Source: Candidatus Saccharimonadota bacterium (GTDB taxonomy: Bacteria; Patescibacteriota; Saccharimonadia; UBA4664). From it: 64,000 bases of DNA. Location: the NCBI GenBank assembly GCA_019352195.1, contig JACAFG010000005.1:92287-156286 (forward strand), read 5' to 3'. A model generated the notes under the pieces. The model saw only the letters and a program-made list of their open reading frames with translations. It did not search any database and had not been told where the DNA came from. Below, piece after piece: positions 25,861 to 36,448 of this stretch; positions within the stretch are counted from its first letter, which is position 1, and each line of letters begins with the position of its first letter. Both the position numbers and the translations under genes were made by a program.

Positions 25861-28800
25861 CTATTTTAATAGCGGTAATTGTTTAGCAATAGGCAGGGCG
25901 AACTTAAATTTACTGCCTTTCCCCTCTTGGCTGGTTACCCAAATGCGGCCACCGTGATTTTCGACGAGGTTTTTAACGATATATAAGCCGAGTCCGGTAC
26001 CCCCTGCCTGCACGCTCATGGGGTTATATATCCGGCCAAATTTGGTGAATAGACGGTCGAGTTGATTTTTAGTGATACCGACACCGTGGTCGGCTACGGT
26101 CGTTACTAATTCGTCCCCTACTACTTGACAGTCAATTTCTACCTGGGTGCCGGGGGTCGAGTATTTAATGGCGTTATCAACCAAGTTGAGAAGGATTTGG
26201 TGGAGACGAGTTTCGTCGGCCAGGACCAGCGGTAAGCGTTGTCGGCGCTTCAGTTTGATCATGATTTGGCTAGCGGCGCCCTTCGCCCCCAGTTCGGCCA
26301 CGACTTCGCTAATAATGGCTTCAATCGCCACCGGGTTGATGGTGAGCGAAATTTTGCCACTTTCGATGTAGCTGACATCGAGCAAATCTTCGACGAGGTC
26401 GATCATGCGCTGATTGCTTTGGTAAACGCGGCTGAGATAGTGAAATTGCTTGTCGGTAAGCTCGCCAAAGTCGTGTTTTAAGACCATCGACAGGAAGCCT
26501 TTGATGGCGGTTAGGGGCGTCCGCAGTTCGTGCGACACAATCGAGATGAAGTCGCTTTTGATGGCTTCGACTTCGCGGTCTCGTTGAACGTTACGGATGA
26601 GGGCGATGCCTGAGGTAATTTGGCCGGCGTCATCAAAAATTGGTGAATAGCTGATCTCGGTCCATATACGGGTCCCCATGCGAGTTTCAAGCATCTGCTC
26701 GGTTTTAGCGATGGTGTGACCGTCCGTGAGGACCCGTACCAACGGTGATGGCCCCAAAGTGCGGCCTTCGCTGACCACGGCTTTGACGACGCGTTCAAAC
26801 GGCCTGGTAATGGCGTCGGTGATTTCGTGGCCGGTAATTTCGGCAGCCGCTGGGTTGAAACCAACCACCGCGCCGCGTCGGTCGAAAATAACAATCCCTT
26901 CGTCGGTGAAGCGGAAGACGGCTTCCCAGCGTTCGCGGCGAGCGTTGACGTCGTGGTAGAGGGTGGCATTTTCGACGAGAACAGCCAAACGCGTTGCAAC
27001 CAGGCGTAGTAGTTTCGCGTCGTGGTCGCTGTAAGGTTGGCTAGCACGTTCGACAAGGAGGACGCCGAGAGTCTTCGAGTGGTGCACGACGGGCATCGCC
27101 AGGTGGAACAAATTGGATTCGTCGGGCTCGTCGCTGGCAAAACCGCGTCGGCTCACAAAGGCGTGCGCTACCGCGTTCGTCGAATCAAGGCCGAGTGAGT
27201 CTGGTTTTTCGTCGCGGGTGCTTTCTTCACAGACGAGCTGCTGTAAGTTGGGGTCATACAGAAAAATATTCACTTCGTCGGAACGCGTCAGAATAGAAAT
27301 TTTTGACAGATACTTGCGGTAAATGTTTTGGACATTAAAGCCCACAATGCTTGAGAGTTCAGCGAGTCCCGATAGTTCACGTAAGTGGCGCTGAGCTTTA
27401 GCGGCCATCTCGTTGGCTTCGACGGTTTTTTCAACGAGCGGCGTAATGTCTCGTGCGGTGGCGATGGCGCCAGTCGCTCGACCGCCGGTAAATATGGGTC
27501 CAACTGACAGCTGTATATGCTGGCCTGTCGCGGTGTGGGCGTAGGTGGTGTGCCGCTTGCCGCCAAAGACGCTCTCAATGAGTTCGGTGGGATCGCGGTC
27601 GAAGGTGAGGTCGGGGCGCAGGGCTAGTTCGCTAAAAAAACGGTGACCGTGGACTTCACCCTTGAGACTAAACAGGCGCAGCCACTCTTCGTTGCAGTCT
27701 TCGATGAAGCCGTTTTCGTCGAGTATCATGAGGCCATCGAGAATATTGGATTGAATGGCGGCAAGCTTCTCTTTTTCCAGATACATAGGCGTGATGTCGC
27801 GGATACTGACCATGAGGCCATGCGCGCCTGGTATGTCGGTGGCGTAGTCGGTGAAAAGCGCTTCGTAGTAACGGTGATCTTCACCAGCGCGTTCAATGGT
27901 GATACGTCCGGTCTGACCGGCGCGGGCAAGTGCGACAATCGCGCGGGCTTTTTCGATGTTCACCGTAATGCCGCCCGATTCGGCCAGCGTCGTTACTCGC
28001 ATAATTCTACCGACATCTTTTGAAGTCAGGTTGAAGAGTTTGTCGGCTGGTTTATTGCTGTAAGTTAGGCGGTCTTCGTGGTCGAAAATGAGCAGGCCGT
28101 CTTCCATGTGATTGCGCGTTTGTTCGACATCGCGAGCGGCGCTCACGAGACTCGTATGGAGGCGCGCATTGGTGATCGCGGTGGCGGCTTGAGAAGCGAG
28201 GCTACCGCTGAAATGTTCTTCAGCTGGCGTAAACTGGCGTGTGATTTTGCTACACATCGTGAGAGCGGCAATGAGTTCTCCGTCAATCTCTACCGGTGCT
28301 ACAAGCATGCTTCGAATACCTTCGTCGGCAATAATTTTGGACTGATTGAGGAAGTTGCCGTGGCTCGCATCCGTAATACTGACTGGCTTGTGCTCGGCCG
28401 CGAGCTTACTCGTTGTCGGCGAAGTGAGATCAATGGTTACGGCTTTAACATACTCTTTTGATAACCCGAGCGAGTGGTAGATTGTCATGGTATCAGTGCC
28501 ATCGGGACGCATCAGCAGCGAGACGGCGTCGACGTGAAAAAACTTCTTGGCCTGGGCGATGAGCGTGTCGACGATATCATCGAAATTGAGTGAACCGGAA
28601 ATCGCTTGGGTGGTGGTTTGGAGCAGCAACGTTTGGGCAATGCTCGAAGCCACACTCATCTCAAGCGAGAAGCGACCTAGACGCTCTGAGGCGGTATTGA
28701 CGATGGCGGCAATAACGGCGCTGAGTTCCCGGCTTGGTTTGCTGGCACTCCACAAAATAATGGCGCCGCGTATTTCGGGCCGGCCCTTTAATGGAAAGGC

Positions 28801-29121
28801 GGTTACGATTGGAGCGCCGAGTTGGGCGGCAAGGCCGGTTACTTCGGGCAGCTTGCACCAAGCGGCAATGGTGAGCTTACGATCCGGGTACGTAAGCCGG
28901 CCGCGACGGGCCAGCGAGATGGTGTGCTCGTCAGTGACGTCGACGTGACTGCCGGTATAGGTAAATGCGCTTGCAAAGCAGTCCGGTGCAAGTTTAGCGA
29001 TGGCAGTGGTGGTGACATCAAGGACTGTTGTTGGAGAATCGGTCTTACTGAGCTCAAGCAGCGCGTCGGTTACAGCGGCGAGCATATCTGACTGATTCGT
29101 TGCAGGTTCGCTTAAGCTCAT
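25861..29121 (-). CDS. cytoplasmic multi-sensor histidine kinase (GAF, multiple PAS, HisKA, HATPase_c), 1086 aa
   Basis: H-box ISIVSHELRTPLTAIKGF. N-box LHQILLNLVDNAIKYS. G2 GTGLGLYIVKNL. No N-terminal TM helix. PAS-like repeats throughout. Confidence 0.85.
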   Translation of the reverse strand: MSLSEPATNQSDMLAAVTDALLELSKTDSPTTVLDVTTTAIAKLAPDCFASAFTYTGSHVDVTDEHTISLARRGRLTYPDRKLTIAAWCKLPEVTGLAAQLGAPIVTAFPLKGRPEIRGAIILWSASKPSRELSAVIAAIVNTASERLGRFSLEMSVASSIAQTLLLQTTTQAISGSLNFDDIVDTLIAQAKKFFHVDAVSLLMRPDGTDTMTIYHSLGLSKEYVKAVTIDLTSPTTSKLAAEHKPVSITDASHGNFLNQSKIIADEGIRSMLVAPVEIDGELIAALTMCSKITRQFTPAEEHFSGSLASQAATAITNARLHTSLVSAARDVEQTRNHMEDGLLIFDHEDRLTYSNKPADKLFNLTSKDVGRIMRVTTLAESGGITVNIEKARAIVALARAGQTGRITIERAGEDHRYYEALFTDYATDIPGAHGLMVSIRDITPMYLEKEKLAAIQSNILDGLMILDENGFIEDCNEEWLRLFSLKGEVHGHRFFSELALRPDLTFDRDPTELIESVFGGKRHTTYAHTATGQHIQLSVGPIFTGGRATGAIATARDITPLVEKTVEANEMAAKAQRHLRELSGLAELSSIVGFNVQNIYRKYLSKISILTRSDEVNIFLYDPNLQQLVCEESTRDEKPDSLGLDSTNAVAHAFVSRRGFASDEPDESNLFHLAMPVVHHSKTLGVLLVERASQPYSDHDAKLLRLVATRLAVLVENATLYHDVNARRERWEAVFRFTDEGIVIFDRRGAVVGFNPAAAEITGHEITDAITRPFERVVKAVVSEGRTLGPSPLVRVLTDGHTIAKTEQMLETRMGTRIWTEISYSPIFDDAGQITSGIALIRNVQRDREVEAIKSDFISIVSHELRTPLTAIKGFLSMVLKHDFGELTDKQFHYLSRVYQSNQRMIDLVEDLLDVSYIESGKISLTINPVAIEAIISEVVAELGAKGAASQIMIKLKRRQRLPLVLADETRLHQILLNLVDNAIKYSTPGTQVEIDCQVVGDELVTTVADHGVGITKNQLDRLFTKFGRIYNPMSVQAGGTGLGLYIVKNLVENHGGRIWVTSQEGKGSKFKFALPIAKQLPLLK

Positions 29122-29186
29122 CGTTCCACCTTATGAATGTTAGATTAGCACTCGTCGACGTCCGCGCTCAAGCGTAAGAGGGACTG

Positions 29187-29867
29187 TTATGGATTAATCT
29201 TGGCCTGGGCTAAAATAGCTTGATATTCCGTAGCGTAGGCTGGATCTTCATTCACGAAGACCATCGTTTTGTCACGAACTGGGACAGCGATAAGCGTCTT
29301 CGTACGGGGGTCGTTAAAGGTACCAGTAAATTGCATCGCGCTAATACCGGCCACGGTGACGTCTTTTTCAGTCAGCATTTTGCTGGCTAGCAATTTTGTG
29401 GTGTAGTCTGCAGTTTGCTGACGGATCAGCAGTATCTCGGTGGCATACAAGTCGTCAACTCCGTTGGAGGTTCGCAAAATGTCGGGCTGAAGAACCAGGG
29501 TAACCTGGGTAGTGGAGTTGTCTTCGAGGTCGGCGCTAATCATCCAGTTTTTAGGGAAGCTGATGGCAAAGGAGCCAAACGCGGCAGGCGCCGTGTACGT
29601 ACGAAACGGTGATTCATTAGCTAAAATGGCGGCTTTGTCATCGGCTTCTTTTTGGGTGTTGGCGGCGCTTTCGGCGGCGGCTTGTTTGGCTGATGCCAAT
29701 GAAGCCGTAGCGGAGTGGGCTTTACCGACAGCAACCACGCTGGCTAGCCCAAAGCCGAGGGTGCCAATGCCCAGAACAATAATGAGAATAAGACTCAGGT
29801 GCGAGCTGCGCTGTGGTGCGGCCGGCGGGACGCCTGACGAGATAATGATAGGTGGTTCGGTATTCAT
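29187..29867 (-). CDS. membrane-anchored extracytoplasmic hypothetical protein
   Basis: N-terminal TM helix then a soluble domain. Immediately upstream of the kinase on the same strand. Confidence 0.4.
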   Translation of the reverse strand: MNTEPPIIISSGVPPAAPQRSSHLSLILIIVLGIGTLGFGLASVVAVGKAHSATASLASAKQAAAESAANTQKEADDKAAILANESPFRTYTAPAAFGSFAISFPKNWMISADLEDNSTTQVTLVLQPDILRTSNGVDDLYATEILLIRQQTADYTTKLLASKMLTEKDVTVAGISAMQFTGTFNDPRTKTLIAVPVRDKTMVFVNEDPAYATEYQAILAQAKINP

Positions 29868-29903
29868 ACTTAGTGCTTATGCTAACGCTTTGGGGCAAAC
29901 AGT

Positions 29904-30389
29904 TCAAGCGCCGTAGCGGTAACGGAAGGCGTTGCGGGTGGTAATTTCGGCTTGGCGACCGGGAATAGCGAAAATGTAGCTAATCACCGGGGTAGATTGC
30001 TGGATCTCTTGGGCGAGCTTGGCATCAAGTTTGGGCATCAGGCGGTCGATCAGAAAAACGTATATAACCGCAGCTGGCGGCAGCGTAATGCCCCAAAAAT
30101 CGGCCAGATGAATCGTCACCAGCTTACGGTAACGCCACGTAACAATTTTTGAGATCACCACTAACACGGGATTTATTTCGTAGCCAATGCCACGGTAGCC
30201 AGCTTTGGCGGCCGCCCGTAAAAACCGCCCATCCCCAGAGCCTAAATCAACAATGGTCTGTCCGGACGTGAGCTCGGCTAGTTTAAGCAAAGCGGCACTA
30301 TCACGCCGTAAAATAGGAACATACGGCGCGCCGACGAGGGCGCCAATACCAAATGGCAGCAGAATCACCAAGATGATTAGGACGGTCAT
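29904..30389 (-). CDS. small class I SAM-dependent methyltransferase
   Basis: Motif I VDLGSGDGRF and motif II GYEINPVL. Confidence 0.5.
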   Translation of the reverse strand: MTVLIILVILLPFGIGALVGAPYVPILRRDSAALLKLAELTSGQTIVDLGSGDGRFLRAAAKAGYRGIGYEINPVLVVISKIVTWRYRKLVTIHLADFWGITLPPAAVIYVFLIDRLMPKLDAKLAQEIQQSTPVISYIFAIPGRQAEITTRNAFRYRYGA

Positions 30390-30649
30390 GCGAACAAGTT
30401 AGCAGCATCCAGACCATCATCTGGCAGCGTTAAAGCGGCAGGCTTGGCCGGGGCAGAGAATTTTACTTTAATTTTTTCGACCCGGTTTTCAACGCTCGTT
30501 AGGTGTTCCTTGAGTGCTGCGGCTAGTTCCATTCCCCGTTCAAATTTGACGAGGCCTTGATCGAGGTCGACGTCGGTAGATTCAAACCAGCCAGTAATGG
30601 CCTCAAGCTCGGTCATCGCCTCGTCAAATTGAAATTTCTTGTCAGTCAT
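30386..30649 (-). CDS. xseB: exodeoxyribonuclease VII small subunit
   Basis: About 87 aa helical protein. Overlaps the start of the MTase and the end of xseA (operon). Confidence 0.7.
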   Translation of the reverse strand: MTDKKFQFDEAMTELEAITGWFESTDVDLDQGLVKFERGMELAAALKEHLTSVENRVEKIKVKFSAPAKPAALTLPDDGLDAANLFA

Positions 30650-31884
30650 GGCTTGCTAATTACCTCCGTATCGGTGCTGCCTTTGGCCAATTGTACCACG
30701 AGCCGGTCGCCGTTTTTGAGCGTAGCGGCGTCGCGTACGATCGTACTATCGTGACGTACGATCGCGTAGCCACGCTGCAGGGTAGCTTCCGGATTGAAGC
30801 CTTGCAATACGCGCCGTAGGCTCGTGAGCTGCGCTTGTTTTTGCGGCAGTAACTGACGCTCGAAGGTGCTAAGTTTGTACTCCATAGCTTCGGTGCGGGC
30901 ACGAAACTGTTTGGGTTGAGCACTTAGGCGATCAAGCGCGCGCCACAAACTGGTGACCTTGGCATCAAGCTGCTGACGTGGGTAGCGCAGATAGGCCTCA
31001 AGCCGGGTTACGGCGCGGTCAATGCCTAGTTTATGGCGGTCGAGGGCGGCGTCAAGGGCGCTGGATGTACGTCGACTAAGCTCATGAACGCGCGCGGTTA
31101 GCTCGACCCGGTCCGGGACCACCAGGCGCGCGGCGTCGGTTGGGGTCGCGGCGCGTACATCAGCCGCGTAATCGGATAAACTGAAATCGATTTCGTGTCC
31201 GACGCCCACAATAATGGGGGCGCGGCTGGCAGCAACCGCACGCGCTACGGGTTCGGTCGAAAAGGCGGCCAAATCTTCAAGCGAGCCGCCGCCACGAATA
31301 AGGACGACGACGTCGACTGGAGTGCTTGAATTAAAGTATTCAAGCGCTGCTACCACCTGATCGGGCGCGCTCGGTCCTTGCACGGTGACGTCGGCAACGC
31401 GAACATCGAGACCACCCCAGCGGGCGCCTAAAATTTTGATGAAGTCCGCATAGGCGGCACTAGTGGCGGAGGTAATAAGGCCGATGGTTCGTGGATACAT
31501 CGGCAGGGGGCGTTTGCGCGCCGGGTCAAACAGCCCTTCAGCTTCGAGTTTAGCACGCAGCAGCTCCATGGCGCGACGCAACGCGCCCTCCCCTGCTATT
31601 TCGACGGCACGGACAGTGAACGAAAACTTGGAATATTTGGTGATTTTCGGTGAGCCGGTCACCCGCACTTTCATACCGTCTTCGAGCGGCAGTTTGAGCT
31701 GGTGGACTGTCATAAAACAGTTGATAACGTTGGCATCGTCTTTGAGATCAAAAAAGACCCACTTGCCCTGATTGATTTTAAAACTCGAAACTTCGCCCTC
31801 GATGATCACTTGCGGGTAGGCAAAGCTAAGCGTCTCATTGATGATGCCGACAAAGTCGGTAACTGAAATTACTTGAGGCTGCAT
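30646..31884 (-). CDS. xseA: exodeoxyribonuclease VII large subunit
   Basis: N-terminal OB fold then the catalytic core pattern (GVGHEIDFSLSDYAADVRAATPTDAA). Confidence 0.85.
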   Translation of the reverse strand: MQPQVISVTDFVGIINETLSFAYPQVIIEGEVSSFKINQGKWVFFDLKDDANVINCFMTVHQLKLPLEDGMKVRVTGSPKITKYSKFSFTVRAVEIAGEGALRRAMELLRAKLEAEGLFDPARKRPLPMYPRTIGLITSATSAAYADFIKILGARWGGLDVRVADVTVQGPSAPDQVVAALEYFNSSTPVDVVVLIRGGGSLEDLAAFSTEPVARAVAASRAPIIVGVGHEIDFSLSDYAADVRAATPTDAARLVVPDRVELTARVHELSRRTSSALDAALDRHKLGIDRAVTRLEAYLRYPRQQLDAKVTSLWRALDRLSAQPKQFRARTEAMEYKLSTFERQLLPQKQAQLTSLRRVLQGFNPEATLQRGYAIVRHDSTIVRDAATLKNGDRLVVQLAKGSTDTEVISKP

Positions 31885-31916
31885 GGTTGTAGTATAGCGG
31901 ATCGGAGGCAGCTGAT

Positions 31917-32936
31917 TTAGTCGGTTACTGGCAGCAGCGGCGTGAGATATTTTCGGTAATAGATAAAGCCCGGAGGTAGGAAGAGGGCGAGGTTAAGCGC
32001 GCGGTAGCTGAGAGCTGCGCTAAAGGCGAGGCTAAACGGCTCACCAAGCGCGGTGAGAGTACCGACCATGCCCGCCTCATAGACGCCAATACCATTGGTT
32101 ACAAAACTGGCCAGGCTCGCAAGATTGGCAAAGGTGTAGGCGGCAATAATTACGCCGAGGTTTATCCAGTGTCCAAAGCCAATAAAGACGGCTGATACGC
32201 TTAAGACTTCGAAGATATTACCGGCGAGCGCCCACCATAGCAGCCGGGCTTGGTGTCCGTACTGGCTCGTAACTTCGTGGAACGTATTGTAAAACTCATC
32301 AAAAAAGCTACTCACCGTCTGGTGAGTCAGTAAGACGCGTTTTTGACGCAACAGATGGTGCCAAAGCCAATTCGTGAAGTTGACGAACGGCTTCGTGACG
32401 GCTTGCAGGCGCTTTCGATCGGTGCAGATAAATAACACAATGAGCGAAATGGTTAAAATCAGCAGAATGCTGATACTGGTAAACCGGACCGACAAACGGC
32501 TAATATCGCCGTCAAAATAAAGCAGAAGAAAGCCAACCGCCAGAATGGGAATGTAAGATAAGATGGTAAAAATGTAGCGTCCCAGCTGAGACAATGTGGC
32601 TTGGCCGGCTGGGACGTCGTCATGAACGGCGGCTACCAAGAAGGCGGTGCCGGCCACACCGCCTCCCGGCAACGCGGTATTGGCAAAGTTTACCGCTAAG
32701 GAAATTTCAAACAGCTTGCGAAAATTTACCTTTTGACCGCTCATCTGGTAAAACGTTTGGTAAAAGCCGGCGTTGGCCCAGTACGATAATAATTGCGTCA
32801 GGACGAGCAGCGGAATAACGTACCAATGAGCCTGGGTTAGGGCTGTCACGACTTTGCCCAGCTGACCAAAATTGGAGACTGCGATGACGGTGAGCCCAAT
32901 GAGGCCGAGCAAAATAAAGCCGCGTCGCATATTCAT
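31917..32936 (-). CDS. UPF0104/YbhN-type (lysyl-PG-synthase TM-region-like) integral membrane protein
   Basis: Polytopic membrane protein. Start taken at MNMRRGFILLG (32936); the longer annotated ORF (to 33047) runs into a GC-rich hairpin. Confidence 0.5.
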   Translation of the reverse strand: MNMRRGFILLGLIGLTVIAVSNFGQLGKVVTALTQAHWYVIPLLVLTQLLSYWANAGFYQTFYQMSGQKVNFRKLFEISLAVNFANTALPGGGVAGTAFLVAAVHDDVPAGQATLSQLGRYIFTILSYIPILAVGFLLLYFDGDISRLSVRFTSISILLILTISLIVLFICTDRKRLQAVTKPFVNFTNWLWHHLLRQKRVLLTHQTVSSFFDEFYNTFHEVTSQYGHQARLLWWALAGNIFEVLSVSAVFIGFGHWINLGVIIAAYTFANLASLASFVTNGIGVYEAGMVGTLTALGEPFSLAFSAALSYRALNLALFLPPGFIYYRKYLTPLLPVTD

Positions 32937-33165
32937 TGCTGTATTATAGCGCTTAACGTAATACGGGCCACCCGCGCAAGATCTGCGTGGGTGGCCCGGT
33001 GGTCGTAAAACGAGCTGCGGTTCGGTCCTAGCCGAGGTGCAGTGCATCGTTTCGTCCCGTATTTCAGGGAGCGCTGCGAGTGACGAGCTCGCGCACTAGA
33101 TATGGATCATCTCCTTGGTTGTCTTTGACGCAAAATGGATCGGGCGACTTGGTGATTGAGATGGT

Positions 33166-33630
33166 TCAGGCGGCGGTGCTGGCCGCGAATCGGCCGTGGA
33201 AAGTGAGGTAGCGGTTTTGGACGGCCGCGTCGATGTAATCCTGGAGTCGGCCTGGATCCTGCCGGAGTTCCCTGAGTTGGGCGGAACCGATCAGGATGAT
33301 CGGCCACTTGGGCATGGTTTCCGCAATCCGGCCAATCTTGGCTTGCTTGAGACCCTCGCGGCGGACTTCCGTGACTTCGATGTAGAGCTTGAGCCCCGGT
33401 AGGTAGAAATCGGGCGCCATGCAAGTGATCCGCCCACTGGCCAGTCGAATGAAGAACCGGTGTGGCTCGCCTTCGTGCAGATGGCCAAGATCGTCCAGCC
33501 ATTCGGAGACCTCGATTTCTGCTCCTTGGAGCGGGCTTCTGGGGATCCGATTGGGCTCGCGGTGAGGCACGAAGTGCTCGAATGCCTTGGGAGAGCGGTA
33601 CGACTTGATTCGATTACGCTTGCTCATCAC
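33166..33630 (-). CDS. hypothetical protein, possibly PD-(D/E)XK (DUF559-like) nuclease fold (GC-rich island 3)
   Basis: PDFYLPGLKLYIEVTE ... K arrangement resembles a PD ... (D/E)xK. Weak call. Confidence 0.25.
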   Translation of the reverse strand: MMSKRNRIKSYRSPKAFEHFVPHREPNRIPRSPLQGAEIEVSEWLDDLGHLHEGEPHRFFIRLASGRITCMAPDFYLPGLKLYIEVTEVRREGLKQAKIGRIAETMPKWPIILIGSAQLRELRQDPGRLQDYIDAAVQNRYLTFHGRFAASTAA

Positions 33631-33945
33631 ACTGCTACTTTCGGGGACGAGTGGTCCAGGCGGCTTGCTCGGCGACCGGGCGGGGCGCCAGGTGCGACGG
33701 CGTGCCTGTGGGTCGGTGCAGCTTGCGGCCGCGTCGTTGCGGCAGCTGGGTCGGCTTGCGAGACGACCTGCGTGAGACAGGGTTGAACATTTTGATGCCC
33801 CTCCGTCTTTGGGTTATCAAAAAACCGCCTGGTCGGGATGACTAGGCGGTGGTGCGAGCAGGCAGCTTCACATCGATCGGTCGGAAGACGTCACGGCTGG
33901 TGGCTGCATACCTCATAGTCATAACTATAGAAAAATGATAGGACT

Positions 33946-35124
33946 ATGTCAATGAGCTTTGGCAGTTTTGTCATGTACAATGACGATATGACTGCTACGA
34001 CTCACCTCGCAATTCTTGGTCGCCAGCCCGAACTGGGGCTACTCGAACTCGAAAGTTTGCTTGGTGCAGATAATATAACACTTTTTGGTAAAAAAGCAAG
34101 TCTTTTTAGTGGTGACGTGTCCATTAACCGCTTAGGCGGTGTCATCAAAATCGGCGATGTGCTGTATTCTGGGCCGACCATTGATGTGCTTGAAGCGCCC
34201 ATTGATTGGCTAGGGCTGGGCCGCGGAGAACGTAAAACTACGTTTGGCTTAAGTTTTTATGGACCAAGCGTCAATCCGCGCTTAGTTTTGGCCACGGGTC
34301 TTGAACTCAAAAAACGATTACGTCAGGCCGGTCCAGTACGACTGGTCTCGCCTACAACGGGGACGGATCTGACCGCGGCTCAGTTGCATCATAATAATGT
34401 GCTCGGAGAAGGTTTCGAGCTCATGGTGATGGTGAGCGGTAGCCAGATGGTGGTGGCTCGGACGACGGCCGTCCAGGACATTGACGCCTATGCCGCGCGC
34501 GATCACGCCCGTCCGGCCCGCAGCGCGAAAGTTGGCATGTTGCCACCAAAACTAGCCCAAGTATTGCTTAACACAACGTCTGCCCCCGTCATCATTGATC
34601 CGTTTTGCGGTACGGGCGTCGTGTTACAAGAAGCCTTGCTGACGGATCGGAGCGCCTATGGTTCTGATTTAGCGCCCGAAATGGAGGCAGCGACCCGGAC
34701 AAATCTGGAGTGGCTAGCCACCCAAACGTCCACTCCCCTCCCCGCTTGGCAAGTAAATACGGCTGATGCGCGAAAGGCAACCTTACCGACCAGTGAAGCC
34801 GCCGTTGTGAGTGAAGGTTATTTGGGCACCAATCTAACGGCCATGCCTGGCTCAACGCAGCTGGCGGAGCTAGAGGCTGAGATAACCGCTCTCTACCGTG
34901 CCAGCCTACTCAATTGGGCCCGTCAATTGCCGTCGGGAGCCGAGATTGCTTTGTGTCTGCCGAACTGGCGAGTCCAAGGGGGCTGGAAGACTCCAAGTGT
35001 GGTTGACGATCTGTACAAAATCGGATACACTACTAAGGTTTTTAAGCACGTCCCGGGACCCGTGCGTTACGCTCGACCCGATCAAATTGTTGGACGGCAG
35101 TTTTTATTGTTAACGAGGCTCTAA
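33946..35124 (+). CDS. putative SAM-dependent RNA (guanine-N2-type) methyltransferase
   Basis: DPFCGTGVVLQEA motif I typical of RlmL/RsmC/Trm11-type MTases. The start may be at 33988 instead. Confidence 0.5.
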   Translation: MSMSFGSFVMYNDDMTATTHLAILGRQPELGLLELESLLGADNITLFGKKASLFSGDVSINRLGGVIKIGDVLYSGPTIDVLEAPIDWLGLGRGERKTTFGLSFYGPSVNPRLVLATGLELKKRLRQAGPVRLVSPTTGTDLTAAQLHHNNVLGEGFELMVMVSGSQMVVARTTAVQDIDAYAARDHARPARSAKVGMLPPKLAQVLLNTTSAPVIIDPFCGTGVVLQEALLTDRSAYGSDLAPEMEAATRTNLEWLATQTSTPLPAWQVNTADARKATLPTSEAAVVSEGYLGTNLTAMPGSTQLAELEAEITALYRASLLNWARQLPSGAEIALCLPNWRVQGGWKTPSVVDDLYKIGYTTKVFKHVPGPVRYARPDQIVGRQFLLLTRL

Positions 35125-35127
35125 AGC

Positions 35128-35409
35128 ATGTCACATACAAAAGCTGGTGGTTCCACTCGGAACGGCCGCGACTCAGCTGGTAAGCGCTTAGGCGTTAAGA
35201 GCTACGGCGGCGAAGTTATTCGTACGGGCGGCATTATTGTCCGTCAGCGCGGTAGTCGGATTGAAGCTGGCGAAGGCGTTGCTATGGGCGTTGATCAGAC
35301 GCTCTACGCCATGCGCGACGGCGTGGTCGCCTTTACTACGCGTCAAGTTCAGAAGTTTACCGGTACCAAGGTCCGTCGCACTTTTGCGATGGTAGTTGAT
35401 CCTAAGTAG
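35128..35409 (+). CDS. rpmA: 50S ribosomal protein L27
   Basis: [24 protein letters not shown] ... L27 signature. Confidence 0.9.
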   Translation: MSHTKAGGSTRNGRDSAGKRLGVKSYGGEVIRTGGIIVRQRGSRIEAGEGVAMGVDQTLYAMRDGVVAFTTRQVQKFTGTKVRRTFAMVVDPK

Positions 35410-35428
35410 TTGTAACTTCTTAGTGCAA

Positions 35429-35460
35429 AAACGGGCAGTTGCAAGACTGCCCGTTTTTGT
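35429..35460. terminator. intrinsic terminator AAAAACGGGCAG-TTGCAAGA-CTGCCCGTTTTTG
   Basis: GC stem plus T-run after rpmA. Confidence 0.65.
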
Positions 35461-35472
35461 TATGCTTGGATA

Positions 35473-36045
35473 ATGAACAAAAGCCGAACAATAATTCGAC
35501 GCGTAGTAGCGGAGATTGCCCCTTTTGATGAGCTTGAGCGTCAGCAGATCGCGTCTACCGAGGCCTGGATCGACAGTGTCGAACCGATTTATCGCCACTC
35601 TAATCCAGCTCGGCACTTGGTGAGCTATGTTGTGCCATTTGATCTTACGACTCGATCGGTTTTGTTGTTTTATCATCGTAAATCTGGATTATTACTACCG
35701 CCAGGAGGCCACCTCGAAGACAATGAAACGCCCCTCCAAGCTACCAAGCGCGAAATGGCAGAAGAACTTCATCAAGTGGCCTCGTTTTACGCGTGGGTTG
35801 GCGCGGCGCCGTTATTTTTGACCGCGACGGATACCGTGGGGAGTGCGCCGCATACCGACATTAGTTTGTGGTTTACGGTTTGTCAGACACCCAGTGACGA
35901 TCCGTGGTACGACAAGCGCGAATTTAGCGGTTACCGCTGGGTCCCGCTCAAAAGTCTGATGGCACCTGGTGATAAACTCGACCCCCAGATGCATCGGTTT
36001 GCGCGCAAGCTAAATTCAATTTTGGAACTAGTTGACCCAAAGTAG
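35473..36045 (+). CDS. NUDIX hydrolase
   Basis: Nudix box GGHLEDNETPLQATKREMAEELH. Confidence 0.75.
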   Translation: MNKSRTIIRRVVAEIAPFDELERQQIASTEAWIDSVEPIYRHSNPARHLVSYVVPFDLTTRSVLLFYHRKSGLLLPPGGHLEDNETPLQATKREMAEELHQVASFYAWVGAAPLFLTATDTVGSAPHTDISLWFTVCQTPSDDPWYDKREFSGYRWVPLKSLMAPGDKLDPQMHRFARKLNSILELVDPK

Positions 36046-36052
36046 GTAGGAG

Positions 36053-36448
36053 TTAGTTGGCTTTAGTTGAGACTTGCGGCTTGAGGTGGCGGTGAACATG
36101 GGTAAGGACCTCGGGAATAACCCCGGGCGAGTTGATAAACACATCGGTTAGGCCGAGTTGTTTACTACGGGTGCGAAGGTCGGCAGTTATGAGTGGAGTC
36201 AGCAGAATTATTTTGGAGTGAGCGGTCTCAGGGGTGAGTTGGATAATCTCAATGAGATCATGACCGGGCGTTGGTAAATCGGCGTCCATAATAATGAGTT
36301 CAGGCTGGTGATTGAGACTATGTTGCAGCAGGTCTTGGCCGTCACGGCACAAAATAACCTGGTACGGGTACTCGCTGAGCCGGTTCGAGTAGGCGGCCGC
36401 AAGGCGCGTGTTGGCCATCGCAATAATGACGCGGGGAGATTGTCTCAT
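36053..36448 (-). CDS. receiver-like (pseudo-receiver?) domain protein translationally coupled to pyrG
   Basis: Rossmann-like receiver topology with IIMDADLP retained. The N-terminal acidic pair is replaced by AMAN. Overlaps the pyrG stop by 4 nt. Confidence 0.45.
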   Translation of the reverse strand: MRQSPRVIIAMANTRLAAAYSNRLSEYPYQVILCRDGQDLLQHSLNHQPELIIMDADLPTPGHDLIEIIQLTPETAHSKIILLTPLITADLRTRSKQLGLTDVFINSPGVIPEVLTHVHRHLKPQVSTKAN

